Positions 14,191-29,348 of a stretch of DNA of 64,000 nucleotides are shown here, one piece after another. Position 1 is the stretch's first letter. The number at the start of each line of letters is the position of its first letter. This stretch comes from the human T2T-CHM13v2.0 reference genome, Homo sapiens. The position numbers and the translations under genes are program-made. The notes beneath the pieces were generated by a model, which was given only the letters and a program-made list of their open reading frames with translations, ran no database searches and was not told the origin of the DNA. The DNA lies in the NCBI RefSeq assembly GCF_009914755.1, contig NC_060931.1. One strand, written 5' to 3'.

Positions 14191-14926
14191 CTAATTCCCC
14201 CCACCATTTTTCATATAAAACTTTAATTTTTTTAACCTTAATCTGAACATAAGATTACCCCTCTTAAAATGCAGTGCCAGAGAAGCCAGAAACAATCCCT
14301 CAGATACAGCCAAGTTGTTCATACAACAGAAGAGCTGAATTATTTCCTTCCTCATTCTCCAACCAGACATTTGCTCATCTCTCCCATAACACCATTCGTG
14401 CCACCTCAGTGAGATGTGGCCCATCTCATGTCACCTGCTTTTTCTCTGTTTTCCACTACTCTGAACTCACTTGCTCCAACTTGCCAAGCTCATACTCACT
14501 TAGCAATAAAGATCAAAGATTCAAACCACCAGCTTCACCATGATTTGTCTAGATGACCTTGGCCAATTCAACTCAGCCTGTCACTCCAAGTCCCAGTTTC
14601 TTCAATCTACAGAATAGGGATTGTAATAACCATCTCCTAGAGCTGTTGAAGGGATTGAACGAGTTATGATATTTAATGTCCTTTACAAAATGCCTCGCAC
14701 ATAGGAGTGCCCCAATATTTCCTTAATATGGTACCCTGTTATTTTTTTAATCATTGCTATCTGTAGACATATCTTTGTGAATCCCCTTCGTTATTACACT
14801 TCTAACTCTTGTCCAGTCTTTTGGGGAAGTTGTTTCAGTTGTTGTTGTTTGTTTGAACATTCTTTTCTAGCTCTTTTTCTCCTTTATTTATTTTCTTTGA
14901 AAGTTAATAGGTAAGACTAATGGTGG

Positions 14927-15279
14927 TGATATGGTTTGGCTATGTCCCCACCCAAATCTCAGCTGGAATTGTATCTCTCAGAATTCCTACATGTTGCAGG
15001 AGGGACCCAGAGGAGGTAATTGAATCATGAGGGTGGGTATTTCCCGTGCTCCTCTCGTGATAGTGAATAAGTCTCATGAAATCTGATGAGTTTATCAGGG
15101 GTTTCCACTTTTGCTTCTGCCTCATTTTATCTTGCCACCACCATGTAAGAAGTTCCTTTTGTCTCCTGTCATGATTCTGAGACCTCTTCAGACACGTGGA
15201 ACTGTAAGTCCAATTAAACGTCTTTTACTTCCTAGTCTCAGGTATGTCTTTATCAGCAGCATGAAAACGGACTAATACA
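14927..15279 (+). mobile_element. THE1A/B MaLR solo LTR
   Basis: TGATATGGTTTGGCT...CGGACTAATACA, 353 bp. Degenerate TSD GGTGG/AGTAG. Confidence 0.92.
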
Positions 15280-15399
15280 AGTAGCTAATAAGAATAGAAG
15301 TACTGTTGCTGAGACATCAAGAGAAAGGAAAGCAACACACTTTAAAGAGAAATTAAACAACAAACAAAACCAGTCCCATTAACCTTTGGCAAGCCCAGA

Positions 15400-17190
15400 A
15401 ATCAACTAGGGAATTATTCCATTTCTCACCTTCACTCACTTCCTGCACTCCATTCTGGTTTCTATTCCCATCAAGCCCACAGAAACAGCTTTTGCAAGGT
15501 TCAGCAGTGATGTCTGCTTCCACAAATCAGAGGACTTTTTTTATTCATTGTCTTACTCAATTCCTTCAATAGTGTTCAACAGCAATGACTACTTTCTTGA
15601 ACTGCTCCTTCCCACAACTTCTATGACACCACAATCTCCTGGGTTATTTACGTATTTTTGATTTTTTAAAACCCCTCTGGCTACTTTTTTTTCAGACTCA
15701 CTCAGCTCATCCTACTTTTATTTGGCATAAATTTTAGAGTTCCCCAAGGATTTGTCTCAGAACCTTTTTCTTCCTCTCCCCTTCCCCTTCTCTCCTTCTC
15801 TCCATTCCTCCCCTTCTTGCCTCTCTTCTCCTTCTCTCCTCTGTTTCTCTCCACTCCTCCCCTTCTTGCCTCTCCTATTTCTCTCCTCCCCTCTCCTTGT
15901 CTTTTCTGCTCTTCTCTCCCCCTCTCTCCACTCCTTCTCCCTTCTCTCCTCTTCTTTCCCCCCTCCACTCCCCTCCTCTACTCCCCTCCCCTCCACTCAT
16001 CTCTCTTCTCCCCCCATCTCCTTCTCTCCTATCTTCCCTCTCCTCTCCCCCTCTTCTCCCCTCTCCTTCCCTCTCCTCTCCTTCCTCCCTCTCCTCTCCT
16101 TCTCCCCTTCTTCCCTCTCCTCTCCTTCTCTCCTTCCCTCTCCTTGTCTCCTCCCCTCTTTTCTCTCTCCAAACTCTCATTCCTCGGTATCATTCACACC
16201 TGAAGTTTCAGTAATACTCCAGACATTGAGTACTCTAATTTGTACCTTCTATTCTAACTATCCTGGTAAGTTCTGGATGTGTTTTCCAACTGCTTAACTA
16301 CACATCTCTATTTTAGTATCTCAAATTCAACATGTCTAAGAACAAACTCACAATCTTCCTGTTAGTAGATGACCCTTTGCACCGTATCTTATTTAGTTAC
16401 AGGCATAACCATTCATCTAGCTGCACATGCCAGAAACTCAGAAAATCATCTGAGATACGCACTGCCTACATCCAATCCATGAGCAACCTCCACATTATCT
16501 TTAGAATCTGTTTTCTTTTCACGATTTCTACTACTGTATCCTAGCCCAAGCTGCCATCAACACTCATTCACACCACTGCTAAAGCTTCCAAACTGTTTAT
16601 CTGCCTCGACTTTGGCCACCCTGCCAAGATCTGTCCACATAGCTACCAGAGTGATCACACACACACACGCACACACACACAAACGATTGTTACTCCACTG
16701 CTTTTAGGCTAAAGAACAACGTCAGTACACAGTGGTAGGGAGAGTCCTGACTCCCTTTCTAGTCTTTTCTCTACCTGCCCCTGAAACTTCTTTGCCACAG
16801 CCACATTGACCTCTTCCCATTTCCCAGTAAAAGAAGCACCTTGCCTCTTTAGACCTTTGTACATGCAATACCCTTAGATATGCATCACTGAGACAACTCA
16901 CTTCAGGTCTCCCTCTGAGTTTCACCTCTTCAGGAAAGTTTTCTCTCACTGCCCACCCCAGCCCTGGTCTACCTCAGGTTCCTCTGTCATACATGTTTAG
17001 ATAAAAGTCATACTTTTCCTTTAGAGCACTTACCTCGATTTGTGATTATTCATTTAGCATAATTATTTGATGAATATCTACCTCCCCTACTGACGATCAA
17101 CTTTTAAGAGGAATGGCATCCAATTATTGTGCCATCCTATCTAATCAGAGTCTGTCTCCTAGTGGGAGCCCAGGTGATATTTGTTGAAGG
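15400..17190 (+). mobile_element. L2 fragments, interrupted by a CT-rich tract and (CA)n
   Basis: CCCACAGAAACAGCTTTTGCAAGGT, CTCAAATTCAACATGTCTAAG, and the 3' end ATATTTGTTGAA. Confidence 0.7.
15765..16170. repeat. ~400-bp polypyrimidine/polypurine low-complexity tract
   Basis: Almost purely C/T on the + strand. It generates the spurious Ser/Pro/Leu and Arg/Glu/Gly ORFs. Confidence 0.95.
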
Positions 17191-17236
17191 GATACATGGA
17201 TTTCTTTATCCTACTCTAATTAAATCTGCTTTTCAA

Positions 17237-17563
17237 GGCCAGGCACGGTGACTCACACCTGTAATCCCAGCACTTTGGGAGGCTAAGGTGGACGAATTGT
17301 TTGATTCTAGGAGTTTGAAATTAGCCTGGACAACATGGTAAAACCCTGTCTCTATTAAAAATACAAAAAATTAGCCAGGTGTGGTGGCACATGCCTGTAG
17401 TCCTAGCCACTTAGGAGGCTAAGGCGGGAGGATCATTTGAATCTGGGAGGTCAGGGCTGCAATGACCTGAGATTGCACCACTGCACCCACTCCAGCCTGG
17501 GCAACCAAAGTGAGAGCCTGTCTCAAACACACACACACACACACACACCACATACACACACAC
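17237..17563 (+). mobile_element. AluJ with tail converted to (CA)n
   Basis: Dimeric Alu. 13-bp TSD AATCTGCTTTTCA at 17223-17235 and 17564-17576. Confidence 0.93.
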
Positions 17564-17707
17564 AATCTGCTTTTCATTGTACATCAACATTCTAGATAAG
17601 TTTTGTAAATATGTGTTAAATATTATTTTCTCCCAAATAAGAACCTTTACTGTTTTTCATCCAAAATATTTGGTATATCAGTTAACTGCGGGTCGAACTT
17701 GCCTGTA

Positions 17708-17870
17708 TAGCACATTTCCCAATGTGTCTGCATTACCTGGGGCTTTATTTGAAAATGCAGATTCATAGATTCTTTGCAGAGCTACATTTCTGGGTGAGGC
17801 CAAGGGATCTTCTTTTTAAACAAGCACCATGAAATGATTCTTCTACATGCTAAGGTTTGAGAACTTTGTT
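17708..17870. mobile_element. MER5-type hAT-Charlie MITE
   Basis: TTACCTGGGGCTTTATTTGAAAATGCAGATTC...AAGGTTTGAGAAC. Confidence 0.7.
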
Positions 17871-18187
17871 ATTCAGACTGGACATCAAGGAGATGATGTA
17901 TTCTGAGCCCTAAACAACTTATACACAGACTTCCAGAATAAAGCCTGCTTCTAAGTAGGAGAATAACTTTACTATGTTCTATAAAAAGGTCACTTTTTTT
18001 TCTCCTGTAAATACGTAGGAACACAAGTGACAGAGCCCAAAATGTTTAAGGCTTTCCATAGACTTCACTCCAGAACCATAGAGAACAATAAGCCAAAGGA
18101 ATTCCAAAATGATACACCAGATAATGAGAAAAGGATTTGGCCAGAGGCAACTCCTGAATATCAATTTACATTTAAGAAGTCAAACTA

Positions 18188-18504
18188 GGCTCATACCTGT
18201 AATCCCAGCACTTCAAGAGGCAGGGGCGGGAGGATGGCTTGAGTACAGGAGTTCAAGTCCAGCCTGGGCAACATAGCGAGACTCCATCTTTACAAAAAAA
18301 AAAAAAAAAAAACAAAACTTAAAAAATAAAAAAGTAGCCAGGCATAGTGGTATGAGCCTATAGTCCCAGCTACTGGGGATGGAGGAGTGGGAAGATAGTG
18401 TGAGCCCAGGATTTCAAGGCTACAGTGAGCTATGATTGTGCCACTGCACTCTAGCCTGGGCAACGACAGAGTAAGATTTGTCTCATTTAAAAAAAAAAAA
18501 AAAA
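18188..18504 (+). mobile_element. AluJ, slightly 5'-truncated, with long middle A-tract
   Basis: Alu body plus poly(A). TSD AAGTCAAACT at 18177-18186 and 18505-18514. Confidence 0.92.
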
Positions 18505-19260
18505 AAGTCAAACTTATTCCTCCTTTTTTTTTGTTGTTTTTTGTTTTGCTTGCAACATGGGGTTCAAAACTTGCTTTTCTACCAGCTTAAAAAGACTGAC
18601 AAACAGTTTGGTTTTCACTAGTCAGGAAACTAGGCTTCCATCCATTTTTCTTTAGCATTTTTTCAGGCTCCTGGCTTTAAAAGACGCATTTTGAATATTG
18701 TCTCTTGCAGAGCAGACATGCTGTTTCACACCTTGTCATGGAATGCAAGTAGCAGATACTTTCCAGTTGTAAAAGCAGAAAGAGAAACCAAGACAAATAT
18801 CTGCCCCCTACTGTCAGCAGTTGGGTGTCTGCCTGCCTAGTGGTCAGGTATGACTAGGTGGCAAACACCTGAGGGTACAAAATGGGAAACAGTAAAACCG
18901 TTAGGGAAGCCTGTGATTTGACTGGATATGGGTCCTTTTCTCCACCTTCCTGGTGGAGATGGTTGTCGGAGATCCAAATGGGGAAGAGGGCAGCAGTCAC
19001 CTCCATTCCATACCCTGAACCTTCCTTATCTGGCATCTTTTGCTCTCCAGGACCACCAGCCACCAATTTATTTGTTTAATTATGTGTTTGCCTCTGAACC
19101 CAAGACAGACCCAAGGCAAGCCATGTGGACAAGAATCAAGGGACTGAATTCCTGGTCAGAATAAAGACCTAAAGTTAGCTGCAGAAGTAATGACCCAGTA
19201 AGTGCATATGTGACTAAGTCCTGTGGTCAGTGACAGTCGAGCTATTAAGAATGCAGGTCA

Positions 19261-19395
19261 GGCCAGGCATGGTGGCTCAAGTCTGTTATCCCAGCACTTT
19301 GGGAGGCCGAGGCAGGAGGATTGCTTGAGCCCAGGAGTTTGAGACCAGCCTGGGCAACTTAATGAGAAACTGCCTTTAAACTAAATAAAAATAAT
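19261..19395 (+). mobile_element. FLAM / Alu left monomer, followed by an L1MA 3' end (~19395-19548)
   Basis: GGCCAGGCATGGTGGCTCA...GAGACCAGCCTGGGCAAC with no right arm. Followed by GAATAAGCTCTAGAGATCTACTGCACAAC...GAGTAGATCTCATGTTAAG. Confidence 0.8.
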
Positions 19396-19581
19396 TGTAA
19401 GTCATAAAGTTTCAGTCAAACAAACTGAATAAGCTCTAGAGATCTACTGCACAACATTGTACCTATAGTCAACAATAATGCATTGCACAATTTTAAGAGA
19501 GTAGATCTCATGTTAAGTATTCTTACGAAAGTAAAATAAAATAAATTTTAGGGAAAATGTCCTTGGCTGAAGAGTCAAGAC

Positions 19582-19834
19582 TAGTGATCTCCAAACATTT
19601 TAAATTTATAGCCCTCGTCAGGAAAAGATTTTTAAGAAAATATCCACAATATATAAATATTTCCTTATTTATAAACTATCTATATGTGCTACTTTAGTTT
19701 TACATTATGAATATTAAGATGTTTGCAAAAATAGACCTTGAATTTGTCTATAAGACAATTGGAGTAATCATTCTCATGTCTTTTTTCCATACCCCCAAAT
19801 ATTGTCTTATGGCACCCAACTTTCGAGACCACTG
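19582..19834 (+). mobile_element. MER112-like hAT-Charlie MITE
   Basis: Inverted termini TAGTGATCTCCAAA...TTTCGAGACCACTG. A related copy lies at 39753-39931. Confidence 0.65.
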
Positions 19835-20107
19835 TTTTAACCAGAGAATTCTTCTGTATATGTAATAGGAACTAGACTGAGGGCAGTTTTATTACTTGTA
19901 TTTCTCAGGAGTTTTGGTCATTAAGTTTTAGTTTGATAGCAACGATGGACCCATTCATGCAGGAGTGGGAGAGACCCCCTTAAGAATTATGAAAAAGGTT
20001 CACAGCGGCGTCGATTATACAAATGATGCTTTATCTGTACAATGAAATATCTTGTTCCCAATAAAAATAAATGTTCCAAAGATGCTTCAATGTCACGGGG
20101 TCAAGGC

Positions 20108-20552
20108 TGTAGGAGTTAAATTGTGTCTCCCCCGAAATTCGTATGTTGAAGTATTAATCCCTAGTACCTCAAAACGTGAACTTATTTAGAAATAAGGTTC
20201 TTGCACTTACAATTAGTTATGATGAGGCCACACTGGAGTAGGGTGTGTCCCTAATCCAACATGACTGTTGTCTTTATAAAAAAAGAGAGAAATTTGCACA
20301 CAGGGAGAAAGTCATGGGATAATCAGAATTATGCTGCCACAAGCCAAGAAATGCCTAAGATTGCTGGCGAACCCCTGGAAGCTAGGGGAGAGACACGCAA
20401 GAGATTCTCTTTCACAGCCTTCAGAAGGAACGCATCCTGCTGACACTTTGATTTCAAATATTTAGCCTCTAGAACTGTGGGAGAATAAATTCCTGCCGTT
20501 TAAGCCACCCAGCTCATGCTACTTTTTTACAGCAGCCCTAGCTGACAAATAG
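20108..20552 (+). mobile_element. MLT1B/C MaLR LTR
   Basis: TTAAATTGTGTCTCCCCCGAAATTCGTATGTTGAAG...AATAAATTCCTGCCGTTTAAGCCACCCAG. Confidence 0.85.
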
Positions 20553-21328
20553 AGGCACCCTGCTGAGACACCAAGTTAAATTGAAAATATTTGATATAAA
20601 TGGTCCACATAATGTGATACAACTGTGTACACACACACACTCACACACACATATGTGGATAAAACCCTAGAAATGTTACTGTTTATCTCTGAGTTGTGGG
20701 TACTTTTGATATTTGTTTTCTCTTCATTTTTTCTATATTTTCTAAGTTTTCTTTAAAAATCTAAGGTTTTGTAAATATCTATACTTTAAGTTTCACACTA
20801 ATTTTATAATCAATAATAACTCAAGAGAAATGATTTCTCCCATTCCTAAGGTGAGTAACGATGACCGGATAATTCCATACAGAAATCTCGGGGGTCTGCA
20901 TTCTCCCCTGTGTGCTGTGTGATGCTCTCCGGGGAGAGATGGGATGCAGCCGTCATCTTTGACACTCACCCCGCTGTAATTACCTGTTCTTCCCTTACCG
21001 GTGAACGCTCTTCACATAAGTCACTGGACTTCCATAAACTTTGGCTTCCTTATTTTTAAACTAAGAATAACATGGGTACTCTGACTCCCTCATGCCAAAC
21101 AAAATATTATGCACAAAAGTCTGCTGACGAAATAGAAAGCCCCAGGATGCATGAGGTGTCAATCATGCTAGCAACAATGCTAACATAATTCTGTGGAAGA
21201 ATACTGACAAACCCAGACGTGGCTGCCTGGCCTGATTTAGGAGAACAACACAACGGGGACTCTGTACAGCAGCAGCAGGTGCTCCACTGAGGCAGCCACA
21301 GTCACTCCACCATCTCAATGCTACATGA

Positions 21329-21950
<622 letters not shown>

Positions 21951-23826
21951 GCCCACAGTATATTTTCATCACAACTGACTTCCCCTTGCCAGGACCTGCT
22001 GTCTTGTCCCATCATGTGATGCTTCTTTAGAATGAGCTCAGGAAATAACAAGTGATAGCATCTTAACTGCTGCAACTTAAAAAAAAAAATTCTATGCCTC
22101 TCCCATGCCTCTCACATGTAATGTATTACAAAGGGAAAACATTCTTTAAAGAGATAAAAATAAAAGGTGGAACAGATAAAGCTGAGGAGAAGATTCCCGG
22201 AGCTCACTAGCATCACGGAGATGTTAACCTATGTGTACAGTTTTGCAGTTTTGCTGCATATCCTGGGGTGTTGAGTTCTTCATATTTCTTATGCTTCTCT
22301 AATTCAGGTTCCTCTGCTGTGAGGTCCCATCCCACTAGGCTAGCCAGAAACGCCACCCGTCATTATCATGATCTCTCTTCTCTGTCAAGGTTCATGTGAA
22401 AGTTACACCGATCTAAGCATTTGTAGATGGTCACCCTGAAATCTCCTGGTGTTCTGAGAGACCTGGGGGGAGGGTATTGCTGCTATTCAAGGACCACCTT
22501 ACCCACAAACACAAGTTACCTTGTCCTGGCCTCCCTCCAAGCTCCACTGGAAGCTTCCCAGGTCTGTTTACTTTCACCACCCTATTTGCCTTATCCAAAA
22601 CCCCTCCAAATTCAAGAAGAGACAGCCCTTTCTTCCTAGAGGCAATTCTTTAAAAACAAAAGTTTCTTACTTTTGCCCTCAGGGTCAGGAAAGGCTATGC
22701 TCTTTAGGACTATGTTGGCCTGGGTTGCCCTTTGGTAAGGGGGTGTAGGGAGAAGCTAAGCTGGAAAGAAAGGGAAAGATACCTTGTAGTCTTTGATTCT
22801 TCCACATCCATCAGCACAAAACACAAATCAATATCTCAGTAAATCATCCTGACACTGTTGGAATAATGGGTTACAGGCTCAGGTGTTATTAGAAAGGCAA
22901 AAGCTTAACCCTGAGAAAGCCCCAACAGTCTCCAAGCCATAGGTATCAAGGAGAAGTGCCTGCCTCCACTAAGAAATCACATCCTCATCTTATTACCTGG
23001 TGAGGGTAAAGAGAGGGCCACGCAGGGCAGAGCGCCAGAGAAGGAGCATGGTTCTGCCAGGTCAGTGGCAAACCAGAACCTGGAAATTCTGCTGGCTCAA
23101 ATCACCTGGGCCAGCCACATCTGTCTCCTTGCCTATTTCATTCCAGGGTATTGCTTAGGGGCTTGACATGGCTTAAAGAACAAAAGGGACTTGGGGTCCT
23201 CAGGAGGCCTGTGTTGTGACAAAAATCACAACGTAGGACCCAAAGGGTCAGAAGTGAAGTCTTTGGTGGATAACGCTAAACAAACAGACCCAGGGCTTCA
23301 TGATCCAGGTAGGGCGACCTGTGGGTGGCTCTTTGCCAATCATGACCCAGCATATGCCATGGGAGGCCAACTTCAGCCCCACCAGGGATGGAAACAGGAG
23401 CCAGAAGGCCTTCCCAGGATGCAGGGAAATGTAATGTGTCCAGGAGTTCCTTCCGCAGAGGCATCTGGCCAATCAGGCTTCTCCTCACTCCTCCTCTGCT
23501 TTCTGCCTGAGCAGCTAAGGTCTGCAAGTTGGATTTTTGGTTTTTTTTTTTTTTTTTTTTTTTTGTTGTTGTTGTTGTTGTTGTTTGCCTCCTGCAAGAA
23601 AATAACTTTGTTTTCAACTGAATATATGAAAATTATACTTGTTTTCTGTACAATGTTTAAACAACATAAAAGAGTACCCAGATAAGAAAGGAAATCCTGT
23701 CGCAGTTTCATCAAAGGCTGACAGGACACACAGGCACCCAGACAGGCCACAGTTAGGCCTCTTAAGTCCTGATAACACTATTTAACATTAATTCACTATG
23801 TCTTGAGAGGGATGGCTTGGTGAAAA

Positions 23827-23919
23827 TATCAGAGGCAATATCAAACCAGAGCACTCCATCTTGAACAAGGACTGGGTAAAATGAGCCTGAGACCAACTGG
23901 GCTGCATCCCCAGAAGGTT
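23827..23919 (+). mobile_element. MER41B LTR, 5' part (split by L1)
   Basis: TATCAGAGGC...ACCAGAGCACTCCATCTTGAA...CTGGGCTGCATCCCCAGAAGGTT matches the MER41 start. Continues at 31774. Confidence 0.88.
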
Positions 23920-23923
23920 TGAC

Positions 23924-25222
<1,299 letters not shown>

Positions 25223-25652
25223 TGTCTCACGTGTCCATGTGGAGAGACCACCAAACAGGCTTTGTGTGAGCAACAAGGCTATTTATTTCACCTGGGTGCA
25301 GGCGGGCTGAGTCCGAAAAGAGAGTCGGCAAAGGGTGGTAGGATTATCATTGGTTCTTATAGGTTTTGGGATAGGCAGTGGAGTTAAGAGCAATGTTTTG
25401 GGGGTAGGGGGTGGATCTCACAAAGTACATTCTCAAGGGTGGAGAGAATTACAAAGAAACTTCTTAAGGGTGGGGGAGATTATAAAGTACATTGATTTGT
25501 TAGGGTAGGACAGAAACAAATCACAATGGTAGAGTGTCATCAGTTAAGGCTGTTTTCACTTCTGTGGATCTTCAGTTGTTTCAGGCCATCTGGATGTACA
25601 CGTGCAGGTCACTGGGGATACGATGGCTTACTCTGGGCTCAGAGGCCTGACA
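25223..25652 (-). promoter_or_regulatory. HERV-H 3' LTR (LTR7B-type, 430 bp)
   Basis: Minus strand starts TGTCAGGCCTCTGAGCCC. Contains TATAAGAA, AATAAA and two ~31-bp U3 repeat units. Confidence 0.92.
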
Positions 25653-26517
25653 TTCTTGTCTTCTTATATTAATAAGAAAAATAAAACAAAATAGTGGTAA
25701 AGTGTTGGAGCGGTGAAAATTTTTGGGGGTGGTATGGAGAGATAATGGGCGATGTTTCTCAGGGCTGCTTTGAGCGGGATTGGGGCGGTGTGGGAACCTA
25801 CAGTGGGAGAGATTCAAATGAAGAAATATTTTGGGGTAAGGGCTGATATTGTGGGGTTGTTAGAAGGAGCATTTGTCGTATAGAATTATTGGTGATGGCC
25901 TGGATACAGTTTTGTATGAATTGAGAAACTAAACGGAAGACACAAGGTCTGAGTAAGAGAAGGAGAAAACAGGTATTAAAGGACTAAGAACTGGGAGGAC
26001 CCAGGATGTCCAATTAAAGAGTGTCCAAGGGGGTTCAGCATAATTATTTGCTTGGTTGGCGAGTTTTTGGGCTCTATCCTTGAGTTTTTTTATGTTGTCA
26101 TATACCAGGCCAGATAGATTTAGGTAAAAACAATACTCTTCATTTAAAAGTATACAGAGTCCCCTTTTCTTAGCAGTAAGTGGAGGCCTCGATGATTTCG
26201 GAGGAAAGAGAAATGCAAAGCCAGCAATTGTTTGTTAAAGGATTAAAAACAGCTAGGAGAGAGTGAGTGAGATTGATAGTGTGGTGGAGATGGCTGGGGA
26301 GAGGTAGAGGGTGGCTTAAGAACGGGAATGAGAATAAGAGTGAGTATAAAAGTAAAGACTAGAACTTCATCAGGGTGTAAGTATTGGAGGGTACCTTGCC
26401 ACTGAAGATCATCTATCCACTTCAAGAAAGATTTAAGGGTGGCGATTTGAGGTAAAACCAGGAGCCACTAAATACCAAGAGCCTGAGAAACTGAGGCAGG
26501 AAGGCCAAACCGAGGAA

Positions 26518-29104
26518 TTATGTCTGACAGAAGGAAGAAATGACCACAGTGGCCTTCTCAGACCCCGTGGGAAAGGCCTCTACCCATCCAGTGAAAGTGT
26601 CTACCCAGACCAAGAGGTATTTTAGTTTCCCGACTTGAGGCATGTGAGTGAAGTCAATTTGCCAGTCCTGGGTGGGGACAAATCCCCAAGCTTGATGTTT
26701 AGGGAAGGGAGGGGGCCTGAACAATCCCTGAGGAGTAGCAGAATAGCAGATGGAACACTGAGAAGTGATTTCCTTAAGGATAGATTTCCACGATGGAAAG
26801 GAAATGAGAAGTTCTGAGAGGCGGGCTAGTGGCTTGTAACCTACATGGAAGAGGTTACAAAATGATGACAAAATAGAATGGGCCTGTGAGGCTGGAAGGA
26901 GATATTTTCCTTGGTCCAGGAACCATTTGCCTTGTGTGGGAAGAGACTGATAGGTAGAAGTTTCAGTGGGGGAGTAGGTGGGAGTGACCAGATGAGAAGG
27001 AGAAAAACTGCTGTGAGGGATAGAAGTTGGAACGCTAGCTGCTTTTTTAGCTACCTTATCAGCATAAGTGTTGTCCTGAGCGATGGGATCTGATGCCTTT
27101 TGAGGGCCCTTGCAGTGTATGACTCCAGCTTCCTTTGGAAGTAAAGCGGCCTTGAGTAGAGTTTTTATTAAAGAGGCATTAATGATGGAGGACCCTTGCA
27201 TAGTGAGGAAACATTTCAGCCCATAAAACAGCATGGTGGTACAGGATATGGGGTCAGTATAAATATTGACGCATAGTCCCTTTGCAAGAGTGAGGGTCCG
27301 AGTTAAGGCAATGAGTTCGGCTTGCTGAGAGGTAGTGGAGTGGGGCAGAGTGGTGACCTCAATGATAGATGTGGAAGATACTATAGCATAGCCTGCCTTT
27401 GCTGGTGTGTGGCAATTAGGCCTGGTGGAACTGCCATCAATAAACCAAGTGTGAAAAGGGTGAGGAACAGGAAAGAAGGAAACATGGGGAAATGGAGTGA
27501 ATGTCAGGTGGATCAGAGAGATACAGTCATAGGGGTCAGGTGTAGTATCAGGAATAATGTGGGAGGCCAGATTGAAGTCTGGACCAGGAACAATGGTAAT
27601 TGTGGGAGACTCAACAAAGAGTGAGTATACATACCTGAAGGAGCTGGAGGGGCAGAAAGTATATGCATCAAGTGTGAGGAGGAAAATAGATTTTGGAAGT
27701 TAAGAGAACTGTAGAGAGTGAGTTGAGAATAATTTGTGATTTTGAGGGCCTTTAAAAGTATTAGGGCAGCGGCAGCCGCTGCACATAGACATGAAAGCCA
27801 GGCTAAAACAGTAAGGTCAGGTTGTTTGGATAAAAAGGCTACAGGGCACAGTCCCGGCTCTTGCGTAAGAATTCTGACCACATAGCCCTGCACTTTGGCT
27901 GTGTGTAATGAAAAAGGGTTGGGATGAGTTAGGGAGAGCTAGTGTGGGGGCAGCTTCTAGGGCTGTTTTTTAAGGAATGGAAAGGAGTGGCGAAAGGATT
28001 TAGGATCTGTGGGGTCAGCTAGGTTTGCTTTTGTGAGTTTATACAATGGCTTAGTCCAGATGGTAAAACTAGGTATACAAAGGCAAAAGCATCCTACCAT
28101 GCCCAGGAAGGAAAGGAGTTGTTTTGTAGAAGGGGTTAGGGTTTGGGAGATTAGCCGGACACGATCAGCAGGGAGAGCACATGTGTTTTCATGAAGAATT
28201 ATGTCGACATATGTAATGGATGAGGAAGAAATTTGGGCTTGACTGAAGTAATGGGGGCTGTCTGCGAAGCCTTGCGGCAGTACAGCCCAGGTAATTTGCT
28301 GAGCCTGATGGGCGTCAGGGTCAGTCCAAGTGAAAGCGAAAAGAGCCTGGGATGAAGGGTGCAAAAGAATAGTAAAGAAAGCACGTTTGAGATCCAGAAC
28401 AGAATACTGGGTTGTGGAGATGTTGTGGAGGGAGGTATTGAAGATAGGAGAGTATATGGCTTTGGCATCACGGGGTGGATAGGCAAGACAATTTGGTTGA
28501 TAAGACACAGATCCTGAACTAACCTGTAAGGCTTGTCCGGTTTTTGGACAGATAAAATGGGGGAATTGTAAGGGGAGTTTATAGGCTTTAAAAGGCCATG
28601 CTGTAGCAGGTGAGTGATAACAGGCTTTAATCCTTTTAAAGCGTGCTGCAGGATGGGATATTGGCGTTGAGTAGGGTAAGGGTGATTAGGTTTTAATGAG
28701 ATGGTAAGGGGTGCATGATCGGTTGCCAAGGAGGGAGTAGAGGTATCCCATACTTGTGGGTTAAGGTGTGGAGATACAAGGGGAGGAGGTGAAGGAGGCT
28801 TTGAACTGGGGGAAAAGGCAGCAATGAGGTGTGGCTGTAGCCCAGGAATAGTCAGAGAAGCAGAAAATTTAGTTAAAATGTCTCGACCTAATAAGGGAGC
28901 TGGGCATGTGGGGATAACTAAAAAAGAGTGCATAAAGGAGTGTCCAAGTTGGCACCAGAGTTGGGGAGTTTTATGAGGTTTAGAAGCCTGGCCATCAATA
29001 CCCACAACAGTTATGGAGGTGAGGGAAATAGGCCCTTGAAAAGAAGGTAATGTGGAGTTGGTCGCCTCCGTATTGATTAAGAAGGGGATGGACTTACCCT
29101 CCAC
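26518..29104 (-). pseudogene. HERV-H pro-pol remnant (frameshifted)
   Basis: Protease FLINTEAT (DTG motif lost). RT PYNSPIL, YRLVQDL, LDLKRAFF, WAVLPQGF. RNase H VIHCKG...ADKVAK. Integrase WQIDFTHMP...VWVDTFTGWVEAFP. Confidence 0.92.
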
Positions 29105-29224
29105 TGTAAGAGTTACCCAAAGCGTCTGTGATAGTCCAGGAGGCTTCCGAGGTGATCGGGCAGCGTCAGTCTTCAGCCGCTAAGCCGAAAAGATCTGGGA
29201 AGGAGTCAGTCAGAGCCTTGGGCC

Positions 29225-29348
29225 AGTTGGACTGTCCAATTTCCAGTGGGGTCCTGCACAGATGGGACACCGCTTAGGTGGAATCCCAGGCTGCGGGCAT
29301 TCCTTGGCCCAGTGGCCAGATTTCCAGCACTTGTAGCAAGCTCCTGGG
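29225..29348 (-). pseudogene. HERV-H gag nucleocapsid zinc-knuckle remnant
   Basis: Manual translation PGACYKCWKSGHWAKECPQPGIPPKRCPICAGPHWKLDSP. The first CCHC is intact; the last Cys of the second knuckle is Ser. Confidence 0.88.

Noticed and set aside
15702-16297. Overlapping 80-180-aa ORFs on both strands
   Set aside because: Artefacts of a stop-poor CT-rich tract. The same applies to 60340-60637.
23191-23750. 164-aa ORF and opposite-strand ORFs
   Set aside because: They run through a (T)n(GTT)n tract and have no recognisable homology.
28199-29104. 301-aa HERV-H protease/RT ORF as a functional gene
   Set aside because: The catalytic DTG reads NTE, and the frame shifts before the RT core.
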